A stretch of DNA of 64,000 nt from Callorhinchus milii. Its lineage: Eukaryota. How positions within the stretch are numbered: the first letter of the stretch is position 1; every line of letters starts with the position of its first letter. The notes beneath the pieces were generated by a model. The model had not been told where the DNA came from. It did not search any database and saw only the letters and a list, made by a program, of their open reading frames with translations. Position numbers and translations under genes: made by a program. Of the stretch, positions 1 through 11,129 are shown in pieces. The stretch lies in contig NW_024704742.1 in the NCBI RefSeq assembly GCF_018977255.1, forward strand, positions 62,126,001 through 62,190,000. The letters are read 5' to 3'.

Positions 1-480
1 ACAACAACAACAACTTGGATTTATATAGCGCCCTCCACGCCGGACGGCATCTCAGAGCGCTTTACAGTTTCGTATCCCAGGGCCGAGCCAGGGGGAGGGG
101 GGGAAGGTGACCAAAGGTGCAGTCGAAAAGAAAGGTCTTCAGCAGAGACCTGAAAATGGGAAGGGAGGGAGCGAGACGAAGGGATTGAGGAAGGCAGTTC
201 CAGAGCCTCGGGGCATAGTGGCTGAAGGCACGGCCGCCGAGGGTGGAGTGGAGGACTCGGGGGACAAGGAGGAGGCCAGACCCGGAGGAACGAAGGCAAC
301 GGGTACTGTTTTGAGGAGAGAGGAGGTCAGAGAGGTAGGGGGTTCCAGAGGAATGCAGGGACTTGAATACAAGGGTGAGGATCTTGAAGTCGATCCTCTC
401 TGAGATAGGCAGCCAGTGCAGTCTGGCAAGGACTGGAATGATCGGGGAGCGGAGTTTCGTGCCAGTGAGAATTTGGGCAG
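1..480 (-). mobile_element. L2-clade LINE 3' fragment (ORF2 C-terminus plus tail)
   Basis: ORF 62..562(-) contains LHWLPISERIDFKILTLVFKSLH...GGRAFSHYAPRLWNCLP...LKTFLF, typical of the L2 ORF2 C-terminus. The minus strand ends ...ggcgctatataaatccaag(ttg)n at the window start. Confidence 0.9.
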
Positions 481-487
481 GCAAATT

Positions 488-985
488 CAACCATATCCAG
501 AACTCTGCAGCTCGTGTCCTCTCCCGCACCAAACTCCATGAGCCCATCTCCCCTATTCTCACCCGACTCCATTGGCCCCCTAACCTTCAGAGGATCCAAT
601 TCAAGATCCTGGTCGTCACCTGCAAAGCCCTCCATGGCCTCGCCGCACCCTACGTCTGCGATCTCCTAATCCCCTACCAACCCGCCCGCTCCCTCTGCTC
701 AGCCGGCTCCGGCCTGCTCCACGTTCCCCGACCCACCCGTCCCACCATTGTGGGAGAGCCTTCAGCCACTCTGCCCCAAACCTCTGGAATTCCTTCCCCC
801 AGTCACTCCGCCTCACCACCTCCTTAGCCCCCTTCAAGTCCTGTCTCAAGACCCTCCTCTTCGACCATGCCATCGGTCACCCCCCTTCCCCTCTCCTCCC
901 TTCTACCTCCCTGACCCCAGCTCAGGTCTGAAATGCTGTACACTGACGTGAAAGGCGCTATACAAATGTAATCTTGTTGTTGTTG
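488..985 (+). mobile_element. L2-clade LINE 3' fragment, second subfamily
   Basis: IQNSAARVLSRTKLHEPISPILTRLHWPP...FKILVVTCKALHGLAAPY; ends ctgacgtgaaaggcgctatacaaatgtaatc(ttg)n. Confidence 0.9.
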
Positions 986-1198
986 CCACGGGATCTTTAA
1001 CTTCCACCTGAATAGACTAACGGGACCTCGGTTTAACATCTCTTCAAAAGGAAAGCACCTCCAACAATGCAGGACATCCCCAGCACCGCAATGGAGTGTC
1101 AGTTTAGACTATATGACTTATAAGTTCCAAGATGAGGCTTGAACCAACAACTTTCTGATTCAGAGATGAAAGTGCTGCCAACTGAGTCAGCCTGACAC
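986..1198 (-). mobile_element. DeuSINE/SacSINE1-like SINE, 5' half
   Basis: The reverse complement has a degenerate tRNA-like head (tgactcagttggcagcactttcatctctgaatcagaaagttgttggttcaagcc) and a Deu-like core (gatgttaaaccgaggtcccg...caggtggaagttaaagatcccgtggc). It resembles 41420-41800. The family name is from recall of the consensus. Confidence 0.7.
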
Positions 1199-2754
1199 AT
1201 GCAAGCAGCTTTCAAATTCATGCAATTTCAACAATCACGTGTGTTAGTATATGAATGTGTTCGTATTTAAGATATTGGCAAGAAACATAAACCATATCCA
1301 TACAGACAGAATGAATATCTCCTGTGTTTTAAAGCTGTTGGAATAAATTGAGTTCTGGCAACTTGCATCCAGTACCAAATGGACATTTTTTCACAAACAG
1401 ATCCATTGCTGACAATAACCAAACAATCACTGTTGCTTGGTGGAGATTGATGCAGAGTATCATTAAATATAGCATTGAAATAGTAGTGCTTTTTGTAGCA
1501 GGCAATTTTATAGGTAATGGCGTGATATGAGCTACCAGCTGTGGTGATCAAATAAAACTACAAAACTATTGGTTTTGATTCAAAATTGAACTGTGCAGTC
1601 ATAATGGAGCCAACTTGATGAACTGTCTTAACCTCAAAATATTGCGCACTGGAGCCTTGTCTTTTACATTCACTAGATTTTACAAATATTGTAAGATACA
1701 CCTCCTTTCACTAAATTATATTTAATGATTTTTTTGTCAGAAAAGGGCGAATGAAATTGCATGAAGACCCAACATTCTTAAACATCACCTGTAGGAAATG
1801 CAGGAGAATCTTTTATTCACTTTTGTTGGCCAAAAGTGATTGTGCGTATTCTGTTCAGTGCAGAATTCTAAGGGAAATGGCTAAATGCCAAATCGTAAAA
1901 CCATATTTTTGGAGAAGGGCCTGCAAGTCCCAGTGGCCATAGTAATAAAGTGCTGTCTTGATATTCTTTGATCTGTGAGGTCTATCATTCCCACCACGGA
2001 GTGTGGTAGAATATGAAAGCCAGTCAATGTGGAGAACCTAACATAATTTGAAGAAAAGCAGTAACACAGCAAGACCGCAGGAAAGATATGTATATCAAGG
2101 AAGCTTGAAGTTGTATATGTGCTGAAAGCTAAACAGACACACATAATATGTTACCAAGCAAGGTAATAAATGTTACTGCTACTCATCTTTCTAAATCTCC
2201 GATTTTTTGCATGATCTCATTTTCCAACTCTTCCCCATATTTCTGTTTCTTTATGAAAATAAAAATTGAAACGAGCTTTTAATTAGAGTTAATGAACTGC
2301 AGGTAGGAATTTACAATGGGCCCAATTACCATATCTCAATTGTCATTCCTCTGATGTTGACAGGGAAACTTGGTGCCATCAGAAGGGTGCAGAGGACAAA
2401 AGGTTCCCCTACATCCCTTTAACTTAGACCTGAAGCAGCTCAGAAGCAAATAGTGATTTATTTCAGGAGGAAGCAATTGGAATTGACCTAGAAAAAGAGA
2501 AAAATATTAGTGATCAGTCCCGTTGGTATCAACCAATATATAAATTGCATCATAGTACAAGAAGGTGTCTTAATTATTGATTGTGCATAAGCTTAAAATA
2601 GTACACTCATTACAATGCTGAAGTGTCAGGTCAGTACACAGTTGCGCAAAGCAATACATAATTTCCATCTGTGCCTTTATACTGATAACTTACCTCCTCT
2701 CTTCACCCAAAAAGGAGAACCAGCGCAATGTCCACCAGACAAGAGAACAGTTAA

Positions 2755-2990
2755 AATAATCCTTGCATTTGATATAATGCCTTTCAAACCAAAAAGAATA
2801 TCTCAAAGTGATTTACAGGATTTACAGTCAAATGTAGCGACAGTCTATTTATAATAATAATTGCTGTATTTGATATAGTGCCTTATCACTTCATTGAGAC
2901 ATCTCAAAGCGCTTCACAGAATATATCATAAAGTGGATTGACTGTGTATTTTGTGGATGAAACTAGAGAACAACTTATAGCCAAAGACAA
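2755..2990 (-). mobile_element. Two tandem 3' fragments of the tRNA-SINE with (TTA)n tail
   Basis: aataatccttgcatttgatata... occurs twice and matches the 3' end of the full-length copy at 10762-11129. Confidence 0.75.
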
Positions 2991-5258
2991 TGCTTGCATC
3001 GCAACACCAACCCCCACAAATTTTGTGTGAAGCGAGTCAGTTGATAAATAGACTGACCACCGGTGTGACAAACCCTCCAACAAACTCTGCCTCACTGAGT
3101 GGGCTTGACGCCAGTCCAGGACATCATGAGACTAACCAGCCTGCTTAAAGTCAAGACGGTATCCTACAAAGTGCAAAGTTTCAGCAGGAAGTGCAAAGTC
3201 TGGCTGCTTCACAGTATTGTGATAGAGATGGGCGGAACGTAAAACCTATGGCCAATCTTTAGTTATCAACTGACCGAGTTGACTGAATTTGTCAAACAAT
3301 AACATAATTATCATCAATGTTAATTCACTCATTGCACATAGTCATAGTTCTGTAACTTAATTTGTAAGCACTATGTGAAAATAGTGCCCAGATGCAGGGC
3401 TCACGGGTAGAAATGAGCAATGAAGCTCTTCGCACTTCTTCCTGCCCAGGGTAGCTATTCTGCTACTGGTGGCGGCTTAGGTGCATGTTCTAACACCCAG
3501 GATGTCTTAAGTACTTCCTAAATAAAATACGGTACAGTGCTATATTTGACTTCTCAGTTGTCCACTTCTTTTGGATGTGCCTTCTCGGCTGTGCTACATT
3601 GCAAGATTTCCTCCTTAATAGAGGAAGGTTTTACCAGGGTATTCCCTCCCCTTTTGCCAAAGGTTTAACTATGATTTCTGAGGAGCAGAAATGCTGAGTG
3701 CAGGATCAAACACAGAATATTTATTCTGACATTCCACCCCTTGTTTACACACGTCCACTTTTTTGCAAAAATCAGTGAACATAGGAATGTCAGGCTTAAG
3801 ACTCTGTGTAATTACCTATTCATTCTATTAATTATAATTCTTTTGACAGTCTTTGACTTGTATGGACTTGGAAGAGATGCCACAGAGATTGACTCAAGGC
3901 CACTGCTTGACTTACTCCAAAATGAAGAGGGACTCCTGGGGCACAAATTCTTTTGGTCTCAGCCTTAAGATCATTGCTTTAAATGTAAGATTATGGAGTA
4001 TATTGAAAAATTCTTAATTCAGTCTTAAATTGATAATTATTTTTAATAGCTGCTGAAAAATGTCTTATAAATTAAGGCCGAATTTTAAGAATTTCCCCAA
4101 ATTCTGCGTAAATCTAAATTTTAAGGCTATTATTGTAAGATTAAAACCATAATGCATTTCAGGCCTCAGTTTTACTCTCAGTTGAGCAATCCTTTGGTTC
4201 CTGGAGCTAATGCAAATATTCAGGGTTGGAACTTTCCTTGTGGCTCCAAATTTACTAACCTTAATGCCAAGACAATGTGTGAGGATCTAGGTGATGTGCC
4301 TGACCTTACGCTTCCTTTGGTTGGTTCTTTCAGTGAGTGTTATGTTTTAAATTACACTTTAATCCCACAATGTGTTTTAAACTTGTGAGGTACAAAATGC
4401 TTTGTAGCCTTAATGTTGCAAATAGTGTAAGATCTGTTATCATCCAATTATTTTTTAAGTGAAATATTGATCACAGAGCATCAGACTCACAGGCCCTAAA
4501 GGTACCAATTCCCTGTCCGTGAATAAAATATATTTGTTTTTCGTCTGCAAGTGCTTATTTGTGTTCTATAGTTTTTACATTAAACAAAGCCTTTTTACCT
4601 AGAAAAGTACTAGAAAAATGCTACCAGCTGTGAGCATTTATCCAATTGCTGGTGCTGTTTGGAGGACTCAAAACATTAATCACTGCATTGTTTCAGGCCG
4701 CTACCGTTTTGAATAATTTCACATTCTGTTTCAAAATGTTAAAGACAATGTAAAAGAAAAGCAAAGAAGGAAAATGAAGCCCGTGAAGCTTAAAAAAGAA
4801 ACGTGTCAACAACTACAGCGTGTCTTCACCATAATTTCCAGTTATTTGAGCTGAAGTCATAACTTTTACAATTCATTTAACTTCGGACCAGATTTTTGCT
4901 CAGTCATCATTCACTGTCAACATAAAAGGTTTCAAGAAGGAAATCACTACTCTAGTGATGTTTACGGAAACTAAGCCAATTGAAGATTATAGAGACCAAA
5001 ATTATCCTGGCTAAATTCTAACAAGTATACTGAACTATTCAATTCTCCTACCATTGGCTTTCTAAGCACCAATAAGCAATCCGCCAGTAATTCTGACTTC
5101 TAAAACAATATATGGTTATGAGCTCTTGCATACATCCATTTTACCATCAGTGGAATCAAATACCATATCGCAGTCAAAAGAATATATTTATATGAACTAG
5201 TTGAGCCAAATAACCTATTTCCATGCATTATTACGCTATGTAGCTCTATGTGTAAATC

Positions 5259-5322
5259 TCAACAAAAACAACTTGCATTTATATAGCGCCTTCCATGCAG
5301 GGTAGCGTCTCTGAGTGCTTAA
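5259..5322 (-). mobile_element. L2 3' tail fragment
   Basis: caacaaaaacaacttgcatttatatagcgccttccatgcagggtagcgtctctgagtgct. Confidence 0.7.
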
Positions 5323-5397
5323 ACATATATATAATGTAATTCCACAGAAATGAGAGTTGTTCACATACAAAATTGCTTTTATTTTAAGATTTGGAAA

Positions 5398-5613
5398 TGG
5401 GGAGAAATTCAATCTGGGTCAAGATTTACTCAATTTATGCAGTATTTTAGGAGTTGGCAACTTTGTGAATAAAGTCTTAATTTTTATTGTATTTAAGATC
5501 TACAGAAAATTGTCTTCAGAGTTAAGATTCAATTTAACTCTTTGCCAAATTCTGGACACACTGAAATCCTTTATAAATAGAGTAAATTTAAACTTAGGTG
5601 AAATTTCTCCCCA
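5398..5613. repeat. Degenerate AT-rich fold-back (MITE-like) element
   Basis: ggggagaaattcaatctgggtcaagatttactcaatttat pairs with ataaatagagtaaatttaaacttaggtgaaatttctcccc, and the inner arms also partly pair. Confidence 0.6.
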
Positions 5614-6701
5614 AAGATTTCAATAAGATCGGGGCCACTAAACAGCAACTTTCAATATGAATATCAGAAGAGTATATTTGCACTTATTTATACAAATCTT
5701 CATTGCTGTCTATATTCAGTCTGAGGTGTTAATAATTGCATAAGATTGCTGCTTAATGTGTTGTAAAACTTATTTTAATAAACTTGGCAGAATTATTTAG
5801 TAAAATCATTACTGTTATTATCCATGGCCATTATGGTGATGCAATTGGATTATGATCATAAGTTGAGTAAGCATTGCTTGCTTTTGTTTTATTACTGTTA
5901 TAAATAACATGTGTGATGTAAACATAAAATGTATTAATTTGAATTCAATTATTTAGTAGACCACAATTTTCAGGCAGTTTTCGAATGTTTTCCTTTCTGT
6001 GTGAGATCTAGAACTATTGTGCATTTCGGTAAATGAATTATATAAAAGAAAGCTGTGAGGAATTTAACAAATCATATTGGCAGTTTAACAAAATGCCTGT
6101 TACAAAAACATATAATTGTCTACACTGCAGTGTCACTGTAGGTCAGAAGTGAGGCTTAATATGCTGAAAAAAGGACTAAAACTGCAACAAATTGGTATAG
6201 TCAGATGCATTATATTAAAACCTCATAAAACTCTCTAATCCAACCTTGGGTCTGTTCCATATCAGAGCACATGCTGCACTGCCGTTCCTCCGATTACTGA
6301 ATTGAGTTGCTTTGTTAGTTTGTTAGCTGCAATTGCACCTTTTGAATGAGGGTGTTATTTCTAATCCAAACCTAAGGTGTAAACGAAAGTCTCCGTCAGC
6401 TAAATTTTCTACGATTGCTCCGTTGGTTTGGGAGATGTCTGACACACATGGAAACCTATAATCATACTTAAGGGGCTCCAAAACAAACTACGGAGCATTA
6501 CACATATGTGTGGTTTCTATTTTTCTGGAATGGAGTGCACATTCTCTCCCCAGAGGACCACTCCCTGCTGACCTAATCCCAGAGAATTTAGGTGCAAATT
6601 GGCAAGAGCGAAGATTTAGAGACTCAAAATGTGTACAGAGATGCTGTGGGAAATTGACCATCTAAAACCACTCAAACTACCTTTGCAGAGCCCTTATAAG
6701 C

Positions 6702-7044
6702 ATAATAATAATCTTTGCATTTGATATAGCGCCTTATCATCTTCGAGATGTCTCAAAGCACTTCACGGAATATACTGTAAAGTGAATTGATTTTACAGTT
6801 TATTTTGTGGGCAAAAAGTGGCAGCCAATTGTGCACAGCAGTATCCCACAACAGTTGTGGATTGAGTAACCAAATTTTTTTTAATGGATTATTACTCCCG
6901 GAAAAATGATCCAAACGACTGACAACTAGGTTCCTACTTACTGCTAGGTAAACAGAGGCGTGTGGAGTAAGGAAACTTGACGGGAATCAAACCCAGGTCC
7001 TTTCACTTGTGAGGCGAGTGCTCTAACCACTAAAATACAGGATT
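6702..7044 (-). mobile_element. Near full-length tRNA-derived SINE with L2-type (TTA)n tail
   Basis: Reverse-complement homolog of 10762-11129, including the Pol III head (tagtggttagagcactcgcc...gggtttgattccc). Confidence 0.88.
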
Positions 7045-7602
7045 ATTGAATACCTCAAAAGCATAAAAGATTAAGAAGCTAATGAAATGCCTATACAATA
7101 TATATTCCCATATACCAAATATTTTAATATATTATTCTCATTTGTGACAGATAAATTTGTCTGACGATAAGCCACTTAAAGTCTATTACTTCAGAAAAAA
7201 ATAGATCGATTGGTTTCAATATTTTATAATATAGAATAAGGCAACTGTCATATATACACTGAAAATTAATACCTTGAGCATAAGAAATGTTAGGTCTTAA
7301 TATGTAAGCTAAAATGTTTCTGCTACCAATTATTCCTTCAATTTATTAATGTGCATAAATAAAAACACATATCATGTAGAACAGGATCCCAATTCCAATA
7401 CTTCCCTTGGAATTCAAGCCCTAGAGTTCTACAAACCAACTGATTTAGGATCTTGATGACCAAGACAGCCACAGAGACCATTTTGATTTTTACATTGCCA
7501 GGTATATCATCTTGGAGTAACGAGTAAAGATACCCCACTCACTACCCCACCCCAAAAAACGATAGTTAGCAGTTGATCACCATAAGCCCAATGGTACCTA
7601 GA

Positions 7603-7743
7603 CAGCAGGACATGGCCCACGATGGGCCATTTGGCCCATCGTGTCTATGCCAGCTCTTTGAAGGAGCTGTCCAAATTAGTCCCAATCCCCCGTGCTCTCC
7701 CTGTATCCCTGATAATTTGTCCTCCACAAATATCTATCCAATT
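7603..7743 (-). mobile_element. CR1 LINE 3' UTR fragment
   Basis: ggccatttggcccatcgtgtctatgccagctcttt...atctatccaatt, the reverse complement of the CR1 end at 44620-44769. Confidence 0.7.
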
Positions 7744-8611
7744 AATGAAATATTTGAGAAACTTTAGTTTTGATGTTTACTGTTTCCAAGGGCGCAATCT
7801 GAACAACTATCCTTAGTGGTGCTCGAAAAATTAAATAATGTAAATCCTTCCCACTTAACAATACTTTTATCAAAGCCAAATCTCATGTAAATCCAGTTTC
7901 CATGAGAAGGACTGTCTCCATTCATAGCAAGATTTTTAAGATCAATTTGATAAGCTAAGATTCTCCTTAAATTGAAACTATTCTATTCAGTGAAGTCCAC
8001 AGTAATCCACACTAAGCTCTTATTTTGTAATGCTCATGCTACCTGTTAATCAAATCTTTGGGGCTTATATTTTCCCAATTGAATCTTAAAGTAGACCTTC
8101 CCATTTTAAGCCAAGTTTGTTTTCTACAGTGCACTGACCAGCAACTGAAACATGTGGAAAAAATATGTTAATTGTATTTAGAAGTACTCAATTGTAATCA
8201 GTGCAAGTGTTTAACTATATTGAGACGTCCAGAGGATCGGTGTGAGAGCCATCATTTTCATGGCAGATAATAATCCGTCGTCATGTTCAATGCAATATGC
8301 ATGGTAACATGGATGGAGTGATGAAGAAGTTACTGGTATCAGACATTGTTACACTCGACTCATCTGCAAGAGAAAATAAAAATTCACTGTAGGAAAAAGA
8401 AATGGGGTAACAGGACTTTGTGAACATCCTGAAGAATGGATTTTTTTTAAAAAAAACACTAAAATCTACAGTATTAGACTCACTGTTTGCTTCAAAAGTT
8501 TAATTTTAGAAATTTCATAAAGTTTTTATTTTTAGTTAGAAAGTGGGGTTTTTGTGCATGATTTAATTCCAGCCACGAGTGCTCATTAATATCAAACTAG
8601 TCATGTCACCT

Positions 8612-8852
8612 GGGTGGAAAGGGAAGCACAGCCAGTAGAGAGAGAAAGGGAGACAGAAAGAGAGAAAGGGAGACAGAGAGAAGGAAACCCACAGAGCGAG
8701 GGGGTGGGGGGGTGGGGGGAAGGAGAGATGGGATGGAAGAGGAAAGAAAGAGGGGAGGAAGGAGAGAAAAGAGGGGAAGATAAGAGAGGAGGATAGAACG
8801 TAAGTAAAACAGGGAAAGGGGGACAGAGGGGGAGGGAGGGAGGGAGAGGAAA
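8612..8852. repeat. Polypurine (GA/G-rich) low-complexity tract
   Basis: About 240 bp of almost pure A/G on the + strand with G-runs. It explains the spurious ORFs at 8601-9002. Confidence 0.85.
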
Positions 8853-9637
8853 ACGACTTGAAAAGGTACTTTCTGTAGATTTTTTAAAAAAGGCATAAAT
8901 GCATTCACAACACTTCCCAACACTACTGTAAAGTAGGTAGAAAAATATATTTTCCATTACTTTAAGGTCTACTTTAAGTCCCATTAAGAAAGAAGCCAGC
9001 ATTTAAACCATTTTAATAAACATGAAATAAGATGTCATTCTCTGGTAAAGTTAAGGCACCAATCATCCCAGGCAACCCTGCAGCTCTGAATGGCCTTGCA
9101 ATAAGCAGACAATTAGCTCATTAGTGTACACCGAGGGAGATGAAGGGGGAATCCAGAGGTTTCAGAAGCTTTGACCTTAAGGCTTTGCAGCACCCAGCTC
9201 CTGTCGCACAGAGTGATATGAATTAGATTTTGCACTGCTCCAGGAAGAAGATACGAAATTGACTGAAGAATGAAAGAAAAGATAGAAGTAGGGGACTTTT
9301 GAAGTAGAAATGTTAAAGGATATGGTGACAAGGCAAGAAAGTGGGATGCGGGAAGATGGCAGTGGGTAATGGTGCAGACTTATCTGTGACAAATTGGCTC
9401 GATGGATAGAATGGCGCTCTCGTGTTCCTAAATTCCAGGGCAAACTTCATCAGGAACACCAAAAGGACATTGAAAGCTGTTAAAGAGAAAAGTACTGAAT
9501 GCTTCCAAGCTACAGTATCTGACAGGCTGCTGTTGCTTCTTCTAGAACAAGAAACAAGCTCAGTTGCTTTTTTTGCCATCCAGTCTATCCGGGTACGATT
9601 TCTCTAATCAAGGCTGTTACCTCTTTCTATATAACAG

Positions 9638-9730
9638 TAATGATAATAATGCTTGTTTTAATATAGAGCCTTATCACATCGTCGAGACATCTCAAAGCAC
9701 TTCACAGAATATAAAGTGAAGTGTTTGTAT
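9638..9730 (-). mobile_element. tRNA-SINE 3' fragment
   Basis: taatgataataatgcttg...gccttatcacatcgtcgagacatctcaaagcacttcacagaat. Confidence 0.75.
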
Positions 9731-10761
9731 AGTTTGTCAGCGAAGCATTCTGCCACTCTAGTTCCTATTCATTTGCACACACTGGATTAGGGAGTTGAAA
9801 TTGCAGATGTATCTCAGAGCTAAATGATCACAGAGGGAAAAAGTTCTTTCAACTTCACTCTGGCTCTCAGGCTACACAATTGCCATGGGGAATTACAGTT
9901 AATGAAACATTTCATAACTGAGCCAAACCACGACAAACACCATAAAGAACATTGATTTACTATTCTCCAGCACCATCTATTTAACGAATAATAACTTAAT
10001 CAGATAGTAAGCCTGTAGTTTACTAGATACAGAACAAATTTAAAGAAGATACATGTTGGATCATTTGGAAAGTACAGTCGTCTAGCTGTATATTTAGCAT
10101 TGCCAATATGTTATCTGACATATTGCCATAGAGTTGCTGCTATCTCTGCATTTGTCTTTCTAAGCCCTGTGAAAGGCACTATCCCGCTGGATCTCCTGAT
10201 AGAATGTATTAGGCACATAGAGCTTTATATGTTTAATATCATGAAGTCAATCCTCCCCCCAAATCTATCAAATGCTCCCAGTGATTTATCAGGGACATTC
10301 CTGAAGCCCTCTCTGGCTGCCCATCTTAATTTTGCAGTGTTGTCCTTCAGATGACTATTTATTTAGTGTCAAATTGCTCTATTTATACTCCAGTTGATGT
10401 TCATGCTCTTCCATGAACTCAGGCATCCCCAGACCTTTGCTCTCTCTTCCACTTAATTCCTCTTTAATATGAATGACTTCCTCCACTCACTGCCCAACCT
10501 TATCCACTCCTGTTTGTTAATTTTGCTGCATGGTCATTAATGTCCATTGCATATTTCTCTTTTTCTTTATGAATGTTACTATGGTCATCGACTTCTCCAA
10601 ACTTCTCTCTCATATTGCTCCCAAATGTCCTCCCAAATACACAGTCCTGTATTCTTAATGTGATGAAATCAAATTACAGCAAATTGTACCCAACAGCAGA
10701 TCATTGTTTTCGAGGACATCACAACTGTGGAAATCTTCTTTTACCTTCTTCAATCTTTCAT

Positions 10762-11129
10762 GGATTCCTGCAGTATAGTGGTTAGCACACTCGGCTCGCA
10801 AGCAAAAGGACACCGATTTGATTCCTGGGTGGGGCGATACTTTAGGCAAGTTTCTTTACTCCACATGCCTCTGTTTACCTGGCAGTAAATAGGAACCGGA
10901 TTGTTAAGACAGTTGGTGGATCGTTTTTCAGGGGTAATAATCTCTCAAAATAAATGTGGTCACTCAATCCACAACTGTTTTTGGAACACTGCTGTGCACA
11001 ATTGGCTGCCCTGTTTTGCCCACAAAATACACAATCAATCCACTTTACAATATATTCTATGAAGTGCTTTGAGATGTCTCAATGATGTGGTAAGATGCTA
11101 TATCAAATGCAAGGATTATGATTATTATT
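10762..11129 (+). mobile_element. Full-length tRNA-derived SINE (~370 bp), resembling the chimaera SINE2 family
   Basis: A-box-like cagtatagtggttagc, B-box-like gatttgattcc, central ttaggcaagttt...gcctctgtttacctggcagtaaatagg, and a 3' L2-type stem-loop with gcaaggattatgattattatt. More than 15 related fragments occur in the window. Confidence 0.9.

Noticed and set aside
3850..3968. Exon-like stretch FDLYGLGRDATEIDSRPLLDLLQNEEGLLGHKFFWSQP after ttttgacag
   Set aside because: No recognisable homology and no partner exons; probably chance. BLASTX would settle it.
10762..10830. tRNA gene
   Set aside because: It is a SINE head with a degenerate B-box continuing into SINE body; no full cloverleaf.
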